Shown: positions 1 to 15,451 of the stretch, piece after piece
Layout: every line of letters begins with the position of its first letter
How positions within the stretch are numbered: the stretch's first letter is position 1
Assembly: GCF_009914755.1 (NCBI RefSeq)
Contig: NC_060933.1
DNA from: the human T2T-CHM13v2.0 reference genome, Homo sapiens
Reading direction: 5' to 3' (one strand)
DNA length: 64,000 bases
Notes under the pieces: model-generated
The model's input: only the letters and a program-made list of their open reading frames with translations
Told to the model about the DNA's origin: nothing
Database searches by the model: none
Made by a program: the position numbers and the translations under genes

Positions 1-771
1 GAGGAATGGAATGGAATGGAATGGAAACTACCCCAATGGAATGGAATGGAATGGAGTGTAAGGGAATTGAATAGAATCAATCCGAATGAAATGGAATGGA
101 ATGGAACGGAATGGAATGGAATGGAATGGAATGCAATGGAATGGAATGATACGGAATAGAAAGGAATGGAACGAAATGGAATGGAATGGAATGGAATGGA
201 ATGGAATGGAATGGAATGGAATCGTTCCGAGTGGAATAGGAAGGAATGTATTCGAGTGGAATGGAAAGGAATGGATTCAACCAGAGTAGAAAGGAAGGGA
301 ATGGAATGGAATGGAAACTAATAGAATGGAATCAACCCGAGTGGAATCGAATGGAAAGGACTGGAATGGAAAGGAATGGAATGGAATGGAATGGAATGAA
401 CGCGAGTGCAGGGGAATGGAATGGAATCGAATGGAATGGAATGGAATGGAATGGAATCAACCCGAGTGCAGGAGAATGTAATGGAACGGAATGCAATGGA
501 ATGGAATCATCCGGAATGGAATGGAATGGATTGGAATAGAATCAACCCGAGTGCAATGGAATGGAGTGGAATGGAATGAAATGGAATGGAACAACCCGAA
601 TGGAATGGAATGTAATGGAGAGTAAGGGAGTTGAAAAGAATCAATCCGAAAGTAATGGAATGGAATGGAATGGAATGGAATGGAATGGAATGCAATGGAA
701 TGGAATCAACCCGAGTACAATGGAATGGAATGGAATGGAAAGGAATGGAATGGAATGGAATGCAATGGAAT

Positions 772-786
772 GGAATCTTCCGGAAT
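772..786. promoter_or_regulatory. Perfect heat-shock element consensus (representative of ~40 copies)
   Basis: GGAAT-CTTCC-GGAAT equals nGAAn nTTCn nGAAn. The consensus match is certain; occupancy is not shown by the sequence. Confidence 0.55.
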
Positions 787-1694
787 GGAATGGAATGGAA
801 TGGAATGGAATGGAATGGAATGGAATGCAATGGATTCAACTCGATTGCAATGGAATGGAATAGAATGGAATGGAATGGAATGGAATGGAATGGAATGGAA
901 TTAAACCGAATAGAATGGAATGGAAATGAATGGAAGGGAACGGAACGGAACGGAACGGAACGGAGTGGAATGGAATGGAATGGAATTGTATGGAATGGAA
1001 TGGCTTGGTACGGAATAGAATGGAATGGAAAGAATTGGAATGGAATGGAATGGAATGGAATGGAATGGAATGGAATGGAATGGAATCAACCTGAGTGCAA
1101 TGGAATGGAGTGGAATGGAATGGAATGGAATGGAACAACCCGAATGGAATGGAATGTAATGGAGAGTAAGGGAGTTGAATAGAATCAATCCGAATGTAAT
1201 GTAATGGAATGGAACGGAATGGAATTGAATGGAATGGAATGGAATGCAATGGAATGGAATCAACCCGAGTGCAATGGAATGGAGAGGAATGGAATGGAAT
1301 GGAATTGAAACTACCCGAATGGAATGGAATGTAATGGAGTGTAAGGGAATTGAGTAGAATCAATCCGAATGGAATGGAATGGAATGGAACGGAATGTAAT
1401 GGAATGGAATGGAATGGAATCAACCCGAGTGCAGGGGAATGGAATGGAATGGAATGCAATGGAATGGAGTCATCCGTAAGGGAATGGAAAGGAATGGAAT
1501 GGAATGGAATGTTACGGAATAGAATGGAATGGAAAGAATTGTAATGGAATGGAATCGAATGGAATGGAATGGAATGCAATGGAATGAAACCGAGTGCAGG
1601 GGAATGTAATGGAACGGAATGCAGTGGAATGGAGTCATCCGTAAGGGAATGGAAAGGAATGGAATGGAATGGAATGGAATGGAATGGAATCAAC

Positions 1695-1708
1695 TCGATT
1701 GCAATCGA
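1695..1708. other. Perfect 14-bp palindrome TCGATTGCAATCGA (representative of ~35 copies)
   Basis: Self-complementary core of the recurring CAACTCGATTGCAATCGAAT motif. Confidence 0.9.
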
Positions 1709-4700
1709 ATGGAATGGAACGGAATTAACCCGAATAGAATGGAATGGAATGGAATGGAACGGAACAGAATGGAATGCAATGGAATGGAATGGAACGGAAA
1801 GGAAGGGAATGCAATGGAATAGAATGGAATGGAATGGAATCAACGCGAGTGCAGGGGAATGGAATGGAATGGAATGCAATGGAATGGAATCTTCCGGAAT
1901 GGAATGGAATGGAATGTAATGGAATGGAATGGAATCAACCCAAGTGCAATGGAATGGAGTGGAATGGAATGGAATGGATTGGAACAACCCGAATGGAATG
2001 GAATGTAATGGAGAGTAAGGGAGTTGAATAGAATCAATCCGAATGTAATGGAATGGAATGGAACGGAATGGAATTGAATGGAATGGAATGGAATGCAATG
2101 GAATGGAATCAACCCGAGTGCAATGGAATGGAGAGGAATGGAATGGAATGGAATGGAAACTACCCGAATGGAATGGAATGTAATGGAGTGTAAGGGAATT
2201 GAATAGAATCAATCCGAATGTAATGTAATGGAATGGAATGGAATGGAATGGAATGGAATGGAATTAACCCGAATAGAATGGAATGGAATGCAATGGAACT
2301 GAATGGAACGGAATGGAATGGAATGGAATGGAATGGAATGGAATGGAATGGTATGGAATGGAATGGAATGGTACGGAATAGAATGGAATGTAACGAATTG
2401 TAATGGAATGGAATTGAATGGAATGGAATGGAATCATCGCGAGTGCAGGGGAATGTAATGGAACGGAATGCAATGGAATGGAATCATCCGGAATGGAATG
2501 GAATGGAATGGAATGGAATGGAATGGAATGGAATCAACCCGAGTGCAATGGAATGGAGTGGAATGGAATGGAATGGAATGGAACAACCCGAATTGAATGG
2601 AATGTAATGGAGAGTAAGGGAGTTGAATAGAATCAATCCGAATGTAATGGAATGGAATGCAACGGAATGGAATTGAATGGAATGGAATGGAATGAAATGG
2701 AATGCAATCAACCCGAGTACAATGGAATGGAATGGAATGGAATTGAATGGAATGCCTTCAAACCGAATGGAATGGAAAGGAATGGAATCAACACGAGTGG
2801 AATGGAATGGAATGGAATGGAATGGAATGGAATGATACGGAATAGAATGGAATGGAACGAAATGCAATGGAATGGAATGGAATGGAATGGAATGGAATCG
2901 TTCCGAGTGGAATAGGAGGGAATGTATTCGAGTGGAATGGAAAGGAATGGAATCAACCAGAGTGGAATGGATGGGAATGGAATGGAATGGAAACTGATAG
3001 AATGGAATCAACCCGAGTGGAATGGAATGGAAAGGACTGGAATGGAATGGAATGGAATGGAATCAAGTCGATTGTAATGGAATGGAATGGAATGGAATGG
3101 AATGGAATTAACCCGAATACAATGGAATGGAATGGAATGGAACGGAATGGAGTGGAATGGAATGGAATCAACCCGAGTGCAGGGGAATGGAGTGGAATGG
3201 AATGCAATGGAATGGAATCATCCGGAATGGAATGGAATGGAATGGAATGCAAAGCAATGGAATCAACTCGATTGCAATGGAATGGAATGGAATGGAAAGG
3301 AATACATTGGAATCAACCCGAGTGGAATGGAATGGAAAGGACTGGAATGGAGTGGAATGGAATGGAATGGAATGGAATGGAATCAACTCGACTGGAATGG
3401 AATGGAATGGAATGGAATGGAATGGAATTAACCCGAATAAAATGGAATGGAATGGAATGGAACGGAACGGAACGGAACGGAATGGAATGGAATGGAATGG
3501 AATGGAATGGAATGGAATGGAATGGAATGGAATCAACCCGACTGCAGGGGAATAGAATGGAATGGAATGGAATGCAATGGAATGGATTCAACTTGAATGG
3601 AATGGAAGGAATGGAATCAACACGAGTGGAAAGGCATGGATTGGAATGGAATGGAATGGAATGAACCCGAGTACAGGGGAATGGAATAGAATGGAATGCA
3701 ATGGAATGGAATCATCCGTAATGGAATGGAAAGGAATGGAATGGAATGGAATGGAATGGAATGGAATGGAATGGAATCAACTCGATTGCAATCGAATGGA
3801 ATGGAATGGAATTAACCCGAATAGAATGGAATGGAATGGAATGGAACGGAACAGAACGGAACGGAACGGAACGGACTGGAAGGGAATGGAATGGAATTGT
3901 ATGGAATGGAATGGCATGGTACGGAATAGAATGGAATGGAAAGAATTGGAATGGAATGGAATCGAATGGAATGGAATGGAATGGAATGGAATCAACCCGA
4001 GTGCAGGGGAATGTAATGGAACGGAATGCAATGGAATGGAATCATCCGGAATGGAATGGAATGGAATGGAATGGAATGGAATGGAATGGAAACAACCCGA
4101 GTGCAATGGAATGGAGTGGAATGGAATGGAATTGAATGGAACAACCCGAATGGAATGGAATGTAATGGAGAGTAAGGGAGTTGAATAGAATCAATTCGAA
4201 TGTAATGGAATGGAACAGAATGGAACGGAATGGAATGGAATGGAATGGAATGGAATGCTATGGAATGGAATCAACCCGAGTACAATGGAACGGAATGGAA
4301 TGGAATGTAATGGAATGGAATGGAATGGAATGGAATGGAATGGAATGGAATTGAATGGAATGGAATGGAATGGAATCAACCCGAGTGCAATGGAATAGAG
4401 AGGAATGGAATGGAATGGAATGGAAACTACCCGAATGGAATGGAATGTAATGGAGTGTAAGGGAATTGAATAGAATCAATCCGAATGGAATGGAATGGAA
4501 TGGAACGGAATGTAATGGAATGGAATGGAATGGAATCAACCCGACTGCAGGGGAATGGAATGGAATGGAATGCAATGGAATGGATTCAACTTGAATGGAA
4601 TGGAAAGAATGGAATCAACACGAGTGGAATGGCATGGATTGGAATGGAATGGAATGGAATCAACCCGAGCACAGGGGAATGGAATGGAATGGAATGCAAT

Positions 4701-7700
4701 GGAATGGAATCATCCGTAATGGAATGGAAAGGAATGGAATGGAATGGAATGGAATGGAATGGAATGGAATCAACTCGATTGCAATCGAATGGAATGGAAT
4801 GGAATTAACCCGAATAGAATGGAATGGAATGGAATGGAACGGAACGGAATGGAATGCAATGGAATGGAATGGAATGGAACGGAACGGAACGGAATGGAAT
4901 GGAATGGAATGGAATGGAATGGAATCAACGCGAGTGCAGGGGAATGGAATGGAATGGAATGCTATGGAATGGAATCTTCCGGAATGGAATGGAATGGATT
5001 GGAATGGAATGAAATGCAATGGATTCAACTCGATTGCAATGGAATGGAATAGAATGGAATGGAATGGAATGTAATGGAATTAATCCGAATAGAATGGAAT
5101 GGAATGGAATGGAACGGAATGGAACGGAATGGAATGGAATGGAATGGAATGGAATGGTATGGAATCGATTGGAATGGTACGGAATAGAATGGAATGGAAC
5201 GAATTGTAATGGAATGGAATTGAATGGAATGGAATGGAATGGAATGGAATCAACGCGAGAGCATGGGAATGTAAAGGAAAGGAATGCAATGGAATGGAAT
5301 CATCCGGAATGGAATGGAATGGAATGGAATGGAATGGAATGGAATGGAATCAACCCGAGTGCAGGGGAATGTAATGGAACGGAATGCAATGGAATGGAAT
5401 CATCCGGAATGGAATGGAATGGAATGGAATGGAATCAACCCGAGTGCAATGGAATGGAATGGAATGGAATGGAATGGAATGGAACAACCCGAATGGAATG
5501 GAATGTAATGGAGAGTAAGGGAGTTGAAAAGAATCAATCCGAATGTAATGGAATGGAATGGAACGGAATGGAATGGAATGGAATGCAATGGAATGGAATC
5601 AACCCGAGTACAATGGAATGGAATGGAATGGAATGGAATGGTAAGGAATGGAATGCAATGGAATGGAATCTTCCGGATTGGAATGGAATGGAATGGAATG
5701 GAATGGAATCGAATGCAATGGATTCAACTCGATTGCAATGGAATGGAATAGAATGGAATGGAATGGAATGGAATGGAATTAAACCGAATAGAATGGAATG
5801 GAATGGAATGGAACGGAACGGAACGGAACGGAACGGAGTGGAATGGAATGGAATGGAATTCTATGGAATGGAATGGAATGGTACGGAATAGAATGGAATG
5901 GAAAGAATTGGAATGGAATGGAATGGAATGGAATGGAATGGAATGGAATGGAATCAACCCGAGTGCAGGGTAATGTAATTGAACGGAATGCAATAGAATG
6001 GAATCATCCGGAATGGGATGGAATGGAATGGAATGGAATGGAATGGAATGGAATCAACCCGAGTGCAATGGGATGGAGTGGATTGGAATGGAATGGAATG
6101 GAACAACCCGAATGGAATGGAATGTAATGGAGAGTAAGGGAGTTGAATAGAATCAATCCGAATGTAATGGAATGGAATGCAACGGAATGGAATGGAATGG
6201 AATGGAATGGAATGCAATGGAATGGAATCAACCCGAGTACAATGGAATGGAAAGGAATGGAATGGAATGGAATGGAATGGAATGGAATGGAATGCCTTCA
6301 AACCGAATGGAATCGAAAGGAATGGAATCAACACGAGTGGAATGGAATGGAATGTAATGGAATGGAATGGAATGGAATGGAATGGAATAGAATGATACGG
6401 AATAGAATGGAATGGAACGAAATGGAATGGAATGGAATGGAATGGAATGGAATGGAATCGTTCCGAGTGGAATAGGAGGGAATGTATACAAGTGGAATGG
6501 AAAGGAATTGAATCAACCAGAGTGGAATGGAAGGGAATGGAATGGAATGGAAAGGAATGGAATGGAAAGGAATGGAATGGAATGGAATGGAATGGAATGG
6601 AATGGAATGGAATGGAATCAACGCGAGTGCAGGGGAATGGAATGGAATCGAATGGAATGGAATGGAATGGAATGGAATCAACCCGAATGCAGGGGAATGT
6701 AATGGAACGGAATGCAATGGAATGGAATCATCCGGAATGGAACGGAATGGAATGGAATGGAATCAACCCGAGTGCAATGGAATGGAGTTGAATGGAATGG
6801 AATGGAATGGAACAACCCGAATTTAATGGAATGTAATGGAGAGTAAGGGAGTTGAAAAGAATCAATCCGAATGTAATGGAATGGAATGGAACGGAATGGA
6901 ATGGAATGGAATGGAATGCAATGTAATGGAATCAACCCGAGTACAATGGAATGGAATGGAATGGAATGGAATGGAGTGGAATGGAATGGAATGGAAACTA
7001 CCCGAATGGAATGGAATGTAATGGAGTGTAAGGGAATTGAATAGAATCAATCCGAATGGAATGGAATGGAATGGAACGGAATGTAATGGAATGGAATGGA
7101 ATGGAATCAACCCGAGTGCAGGGGAATGGAATGGAATGGGATACAATGGAATGGAATCATCCGCAATGGAATGGAATGGAATGGAATGGAATGGAATGGA
7201 ATGGAATGGAATCAACCCGAGTGCAATGGAATGGAGTGAAATGGAATGCAATGGAATGGAGACAACCAGAATGGATTGGAATATAATGGAGTGTAAGGGA
7301 ATTGAATAGAATCAATCTGAATGTAATGAAATGGAATGGAACGGAATGGAATGGAATAAACCCGAGTACAATGGAATGGAATGGAATGGAATGGAATGGA
7401 ATGGAATGGAATGGAATGGAATGGAATGCAATGGAATGGAATCTTCCGGAATGGAATGGAATGGAATGGAATGGAATGGAATGCAATGGATTCAACTCGA
7501 TTGCAATGGAATGGAATAGAATGGAATGGAATGGAATGGAATGGAATTAAACCGAATAGAATGGAATGGAATGGAATGGAACGGAAAGGAACGGAACGGA
7601 ACGGAACGGAACGGAGTGGAATGGAATGGAATGGAATTGTATGGAATGGAATGGAATGGTACAGAATAGAATGGAATGGAAAGAATTGCAATGGAATGGA

Positions 7701-9200
7701 ATGGAATGGAATGGAATGGAATGGAATGGTATCAACCAGAGTGCAGGGGAATGTAATGGAACGGAATGCAATCGAATGGAATCATCCGGAATGGAATGGA
7801 ATGGAATGGAATGGAATCCAATGGAATCAACCCGAGTGCAATGGAATGGAGTGGAATGGAATGGAATGGAATGGAACAACCCGAATGGAATGGAATATAA
7901 TGGAGAGTAAGGGAGATGAATAGAATCAATCCGAATGTAATGGAATGGAAAGGAATGGAATGGAATGGAATGGAATGGAATGGAATGGAATGGAATGCAA
8001 TGGAATGGAATCAACCCGAGTACAATGGAACGGAATGGAATGGAATGGAATGGAATGGAATGGAATGGAATGGAATGGAATGGAATCAACCCGAGTGCAA
8101 TGGAATGGAGAGGAATGGAATGGAATGGAATGGAAACTACCCGAATGGAATGGAATGTAATGGAGTGTAAGGCAATTGAATAGAATCAATCCGAATGGAA
8201 TGGAATGGAATGGAACGGAATGTAATGGAATGGAATGGAATGGAATCAACCCGAGTGCAGGGGAATGGAATGGAATGGAATGCAATGGAATGGAATCATC
8301 CGGAATGGAATGGAATGGAATACAATGGAATGGAATGGAATGGAATGGAATGGAATGATACGGAATAGAATGGAATGGAACGAAATGGAATGGAATGGAA
8401 TGGAATGGAAAGGAATGGAATGGAATCGTTCCAAGTGGAATAGGAGGGAATGTATTCGAGTGGAATGGAAAGCAATGTAATCAACCAGAGTGTAATGGAA
8501 GGGAATGGAATGGAATGGAAACTAATAGAATGGAATCAACCCGAGTGGAATGGAATGGAAAGGACTGGAATGGAATGGAATGGAATGGAATCAACTCGAT
8601 TGTAATGGAATGGAATGGAATGGAATGGAATGGAATGGAATGGAATTAACCCGAATACAATGGAATGGAATGGAATGGATCGGAATGGAGTGGAATGGAA
8701 TGGAATCAACCCGAGTGCAGGGGAATGGAATGGAATGGAATGCAATGGAATGGAATCATCCGGAATGGAATGGAATGGAATGCAATGGAATGGAATGGAA
8801 TGGAATCAACCAGAGTGCAATGGAATGGAGTGAAATGGAATGGAATGGAATGGAGACAACCAGAATGGGTTGGAATAGAATGGAGTGTAAGGGAATTGAA
8901 TAGAATCAATCTGAATGTAATGAAATGGAATGGAATGGAATGGAATGGAATGAAATGGAATCAACCCCTGTGCAATCGAATGGAATCGAATGTAATGGAA
9001 AGCAATGGAATGGATTCAACTTGAATGGAATGGAAAGAATGGAATCAACACGAGTGGAATGGCATGGATTGGAATGGAATGGAATGGAATCAACCCGAGT
9101 ACAGGGGAATGGAATAGAATGGAATGCAATGGAATGGAATCATCCGTAATGGAATGGAAAGGAATGGAATGGAATGAAATGGAATGGAATGGAATGGAAT

Positions 9201-9680
9201 CAACTCGATTGCAATCGAATGGAATGGAATGGAATTAACCCGAATAGAATGGAATGGAATGGAATGGAACGGAATGGAATGGAATGGAATGGAATGGAAT
9301 GGAATGGAATGGAATGGAACGGAAAGGAAGGGAATGGAATGGAATAGAATGGAATGGAATGGAATCAACGCGAGTGTAGGGGAATGGAATGGAATGGAAT
9401 GCAATGGAATGGAATCTTCCGGAATGGAATGGAATGGAATCAACTCGATTGCAATCGAATGGAATGGAATGGAATTAACCCGAATAGAATGGAATGGAAT
9501 GGAATGGAACGGAACGGAATGGAATGGAATGGAATGGAATGGAATGGAATGGAACGGAAAGGAAGGGAATGGAATGGAATAGAATGGAATGGAATGGAAT
9601 CAACGCGAGTGCAGGGGAATGGAATGGAATGGAATGCAATGGAATGGAATCTTCCGGAATGGAATGGAATGGAATGGAAT
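9201..9680 (+). repeat. ~240-bp tandem duplication
   Basis: CAACTCGATTGCAATCGAAT at 9201 and 9441, each followed by TAACCCG, GGAAAGGAAG, CAACGCGAGT and CTTCC (9416, 9651). Confidence 0.8.
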
Positions 9681-12180
9681 GGAATGGAATCAACCCGAGT
9701 GCAATGGAATGGAGTGGAATGGAATGGAATGGAATGGAACAACCCGAATGGAATGGAATGTAACGGAGAGTAAGGGAGTTGAATAGAATCAATCCGAATG
9801 TAACGGAATGGAATGGAACGGAATGGAATTGAATGGAATGGAATGGAATGCAATGGAATGGAATCAACCCGAGTGCAATGGAATGGAGAGGAATGGAATG
9901 GAATGGAATGGAAACTACCCGAATGGAATGGAATGTAATGGAGTGTAAGGGAATTGAATAGAATCAATCCGAATGTAATGGAATGGAATGGAACGGAATG
10001 GAATGGAATGGAATGGAATGGAATGGAATGGAATGGAATGCAATGGAATGCAATCAACGCGAGTGCAATCGAATGGAATCGAATGGAATGGAATGCAATG
10101 GAATGGATTCAACTTGAATGGAATGGAAAAAATGGAATCAACACGAGTGGAATGGCATGGATTGGAATGGAATGGAATGGACTCAACCCGAGTACAGGGG
10201 AATGGAATGGAATGGAATGCAATGGAATGGAATCATCCGTAATGGAATGGAAAGGAATGGAATGGAATGGAATGGAATGGAATGGAATCAACTCGATTGC
10301 AATCGAATGGAATGGAATGGAATTAACTCGAATAGAATGGAATGGAATGGAATGGAAGAGAACGGAATGGAATGGAATGGAATGGAATGGAAAGGAACGG
10401 AACGGAATGGAATGGAGTGGAATGGAATGGAATGGAATCAACGCGAGTGCAGGGGAATGGAATGGAATGGAATGCAATGGAATGGAATCTTCCGGAATGG
10501 AATGGAATGGAATGGAATGGAATGAAATGCAATGGATTCAACTCGATTGCAATGGAATGGAATAGAATGGAATGGAATGGAATGGAATGGAATTAACCCG
10601 AATACAATGGAAAGGAATGGAATGGAACGGAATGGAGTGGAATGGAATGGAATCAACCCGAGTGTAGGGGAATGGAATGGAATGGAATGCAATGGAATGG
10701 AATCATCCGGAATGGAATGGAATGGAATGCAATGGAATTGAATGGAATGGAATCAACCAGAGTGCAATGGAATGGAGTGAAATGGAATGGAATGGAATGG
10801 AGACAACAAGAATGGATTGGAATATAATGGAGTGTAAGGGAATTGAACAGAATCAATCTGAATGTAATCAAATGGAATGGAACGGAATGGAATGGAATGG
10901 AATGGAATGCAATGGAATGGAATCAACCCGAGTGCAATCGAATGGAATCGAATGGAATGGATTGCAACGGAATGGATTCAACTTGAATGGAATGGAAAGA
11001 ATGGAATCAACACGAGTGGAATGGCATGGATTGGAATGAAATGGAATGTAATCAACCCGAGTACAGGGGAATGGAATGGAATGGAATGCAATGGAATGGA
11101 ATCATCCGTAATGGAATGGAAAGGAATGGAATGGAATGGAATGGAATGGAATGGAATGGAATGGAATGGAATCAACTCGATTGCAATCGAATGGAATGGA
11201 ATGGAATTAACCCGAATAGAATGGAATGGAATGGAATGGAACGGAACGGAACGGAACGGAATGGAATGGAATGGAATGGAACGGAAAGGAAGGGAATGGA
11301 ATGGAATAGAATGGAATGGAATGGAATCAACGCGAGTGCAGGGGAATGGAATGGAATGGAATGCAATGGAATGGAATCTTCCGGAATGGAATGGAATGGA
11401 ATGGAATGGAATGGAATGGAATGGAATGGAATGAACCCGAGTGCAATGGAATGGAGTGGAATGGAATGGAATGGAATGGAACAACCCGAATGGAATGGAA
11501 TGGAATGGAGTGTAAGGGAGTTGAATAGAATCAATCCGAATGTAATGGAATGGAATGGAACGGAATGGAATTGAATGGAATGGAATGGAATGCAATGGAT
11601 TGGAATCAACCCGAGTGCAATGGAATGGAAAGGAATGGAATGGAATGGAATGGAAACTACCCGAATGGAATGGAATGTAATGGAGTGTAAGGGAATTGAA
11701 TAGAATCAATCCGAATGTAATGGAATGGAATGGAACGGAATGGAATGGGATGGAATGGAATGGAATGGAATGCAATGGAATGGAATCAACCCGAGTGCAA
11801 TCGAATGGAATCGAATGGAATGGAATGCAATGGAATGGATTCAACTTGAATGAAATGGAAAGAATGGAATCAACACGAGTGGAATGGCATGGATTGGAAT
11901 GGAATGGAATGGAATCAACCCGAGTACAGGGGAATGGAATGGAATGGAATGCAATGGAATGGAATCATCCGTAATGGAATGGAAAGGAATGGAATGGAAT
12001 GGAATGGAATGGAATGGAATCAACTCGATTGCAATGGAATGGAATGGAATGGAATTAACCCGAATAGAATGGAATGGAATGGAATGGAACAGAACGGAAT
12101 GGAATGAAATGGAATGGAACGGAACGGAACGGAATGGAATGGAATGGAATGGAATGGAATGGAATGGAATGGAATGGAAT

Positions 12181-13470
12181 CAATCCGAGTGCAGGGGAAA
12201 GGAATGGAATGGAATGCAATGGAATGGAATGGAATGGAATGGAATGGAATGGAATGGAATGGAATGGAATCAACCCGAGTAGAATGGCATGGAATGGAAT
12301 GCAATGGAATGGAATGGAATGGAATCAACTCGAGTAGAAAGGAATGGAATGGAATGGAATGGAATGGAATGAAATCAACTCGAGTGGAATGGAATGGAAC
12401 GGAATGGATTGGAATGGATTGCAATGGAATGAAATGGAATGGAATCAATCATTCCGAGTGGAATGGAAGGGAATGTAATGGAGTGGAAAGAAGGGAAGGT
12501 AATCAACCCGAGTGGAATGCAAGGCAATGGAATGGAATGGAAAGGAATGGAATGGAATCAACTCGATTGCAATTGAATGGAATGTAATGGAATGGAATGG
12601 AAAGGAATGGAATGGAAAGAAATGGAATGGAATGGAATGCAATGGAATGGAATCAACCCGGGTGCAATCGAATGGAATCGAATGGAATGGAATGCAATGG
12701 AATGGATTCTACTTCAATGGAATGGAAAGAATGGAATCAACACGAGTGGAATGGCATGGATTGGAATGGAATGGAATGGAATCAACCCGAGTACAGGGGA
12801 ATGGAATGGAATGGAATGCAATGGAATGGAATCATCCGTAATGGAATGGAAAGGAATGGAATGGAATGGAATGGAATGGAATCAACTCGATTGCAATCGA
12901 ATGGAATGGAATGGAATTAACCCGAATAGAATGGAATGGAATGGAATGGAACGGAACGGAACGGAATGGAATGGAATGGAATGGAATGGAATGGAATTTA
13001 ATGGAACGGAAAGGAATGGAATGGAATGGAATGGAATGGAATGGAATGGAATGGAATCAACGGGAGTGCAGGGGAATGCAATGTAATGGAATGCAATGGA
13101 ATGGAATCTTCCGCAAAGGAATGGAATGGAATGGAATAAACCCGAGTGCAATGGAATGGAGTGGAATGGAATGGAATGGAATGGAACAACCCGAATGGAA
13201 TCGAATGTAATGGAGAGTAAGGGAGTTGAATAGAATCAATCCGAATGTAATGGAATGGAATGGAACGGAATGGAATTGAATGGAATGGAATGGCATGCAA
13301 TGGAATGGAATCAACCCGAGTGCAATGGAATGGAGAGGAATGGAAAGGAATGGAGTAGAAACTACCCGAATGGAATGGAATGTAATGGAGTGTAAGGGAA
13401 TTGAATAGAATCAATCCGAATGTAATGGAATGGAATGGAACGGAATGGAATGGAATGGAATGGAATGGAA
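12181..13470 (+). repeat. Rare module block with a diverged copy at 58712-60005 and a partial inverted copy at ~63820-64000
   Basis: CAACTCGAGT, CAATCATTCCGAGT (12446/58977/63930 minus strand) and GCAAGGCAAT were seen only in these places. GGAAAGAAGGGA also occurs at the junction. Confidence 0.85.
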
Positions 13471-15451
13471 TGGAATGGAATCTTCCGGAATGGAATGGAA
13501 TGGAATGGAATGGAATGGAATGCAATGGATTCAACTCGATTGCAATGGAATGGAATAGAATGGAATGGAATGGAATGGATTGGAATTAACCCGAATAGAA
13601 TGGAATGGAATGGAATGGAACGGAATGGAACGGAATGGAATGGAATGGAATGGAATGGAATGGTATGGAATGGAATGGAATGGTACGGAATAGAATGGAA
13701 TGGAACGAATTGTAATGGAATGGAATTGAATGGAATGGAATGGAATCAACGCGAGTGCAGGGGAGTGTAATGGAACGGAATGCAATGGAATGGAATCATC
13801 CGGAATGGAATGGAATGGAATGCAATGGAATGGAATCAACCCGAGTGCAATGGAATGGAGTGGAATGGAATGGAATGGAATGGAACAACCCGAATGGAAT
13901 GGAATGCAATGGAGAGTAAGGGAGTTGAATAGAATCAATCCGAATGTAATGGAATGGAATGCAACGGAATGGAATGGAATGGAATGGAATGGAATGCAAT
14001 GGAATGGAATCAACCCGAGTACAACGGAATGGAATGGAATGGAATGGAATGGAATGGAATGCCTTCAAACCGAATGGAATGGAAAGGAATGGAATCAACA
14101 CGAGTGGAATGGAATGGAATGGAATGATACGGAATAGAATGGAATGGAACGAAATGGAATGGAATGGAATGGAATGGAATGGAATGGAATGGAATGGAAT
14201 GGAATGGAATCAACTCGATTGTAATGGAATGGAATGGAATGGAATGGAATGGAATGGAATAGAATTAACCCGAATACAATGGAATGGAATAGAATGGAAC
14301 GGAATGGAGTGGAATGGAATGGAATCAACCCGAGTGCAGGGGAATGGAATGGAATGGAATGCAATGGAATGGAATCGTCCGGACTGGAATGGAATGGAAT
14401 GGAATGCAAAGCAATGGAATCAACTCGATTGCAATGGAATGGAATGGAATGGAAAGGAATACATTGGAATCAAGCCGAGTGGAATGGAATGGAAAAGAGT
14501 GGAATGGAGTGGAATGGAATGGAATGGAATGGAATGGAATCAACTCGATTGGAATGGAATGGAATGGAATGGAATGGAATGGATTTAACCCGAATAGAAT
14601 GGAATGGAATGGAATGGAACGGAACGGAATGGAATGGAATGGAATGGAATGCAATAGAATGGATTCAACTTGAATGGAATGGAAAGAATGGAATCAACAC
14701 GAGTGGAATGGCATGGATTGGAATGGAATGGAATGGAATCAACCCGAGTACAGGGCAATGGAATGGAAAGGAATGTAATGGAATGGAATCATCCGTTATG
14801 AAATGGAAAGGAATGGAATGGAATGGAATGGAATGGAATGGAATGGAATGGAATCAACTCGATTGCAATCGAATGGAATGGAATTGAATTGACCCGAATA
14901 GAATGGAATGTAATGGAATGGAACGGAACGGAACGGAACGGAATGGAATGGAATGGAATGGAATGGAATGGAATGGAATGGAACGGAAAGGAATGGAATG
15001 GAATGGAATGGAATGGAATGGAATTGAATGGAATGGAATGGAACGGAACGGAACGGAATGGAATGGAATGGAATGGAATGGAATGGAATGGAACGGAAAG
15101 GAATGGAATGGAATGGAACGGAATGGAATGGAATGGAATGGAATGGAATCAACATGAGTGCAGGGGAATGGAATGGAATGGAATGCAATGGAATGGAATC
15201 TTCCGGAATGGAATGGAATGGAATGGAATGGAATGGAATGGAATGGAATGGAATCAACCCGAGTGCAATCGAATGGAGTGGAATGGAATGGAATGGAATG
15301 GAACAACCCGAATGGAATGGAATGTAATGGAGAGTAAGGGAGTTGAATAGAATCAATCCGAATGTAATGGAATGGAATGCAACGGAATGGAATGGAATGG
15401 AATGGAATGGAATGCAATGGAATGGAATCAACCCGAGTGCAATGGAATGGA

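Larger units (their letters stand above)
1..3850 (+). repeat. Long direct duplication, copy 1 (truncated by window start)
   Basis: Near-identical to 15452-19280. Shared rare variants: CTACCCCAAT, GGATTCAACCAGAGTAGAAAGG, GGCTTGGTAC, GGAGTCATCCGTAAGG, CATCGCGAGT. Identical ORF translations at offsets 15451 and 15446. Confidence 0.93.

Noticed and set aside
407-414. G-quadruplex potential at GCAGGGG motifs
   Set aside because: The G3-G4 tracts are isolated and typically more than 50 bp apart. The surrounding GG doublets do not give a canonical four-tract G4.
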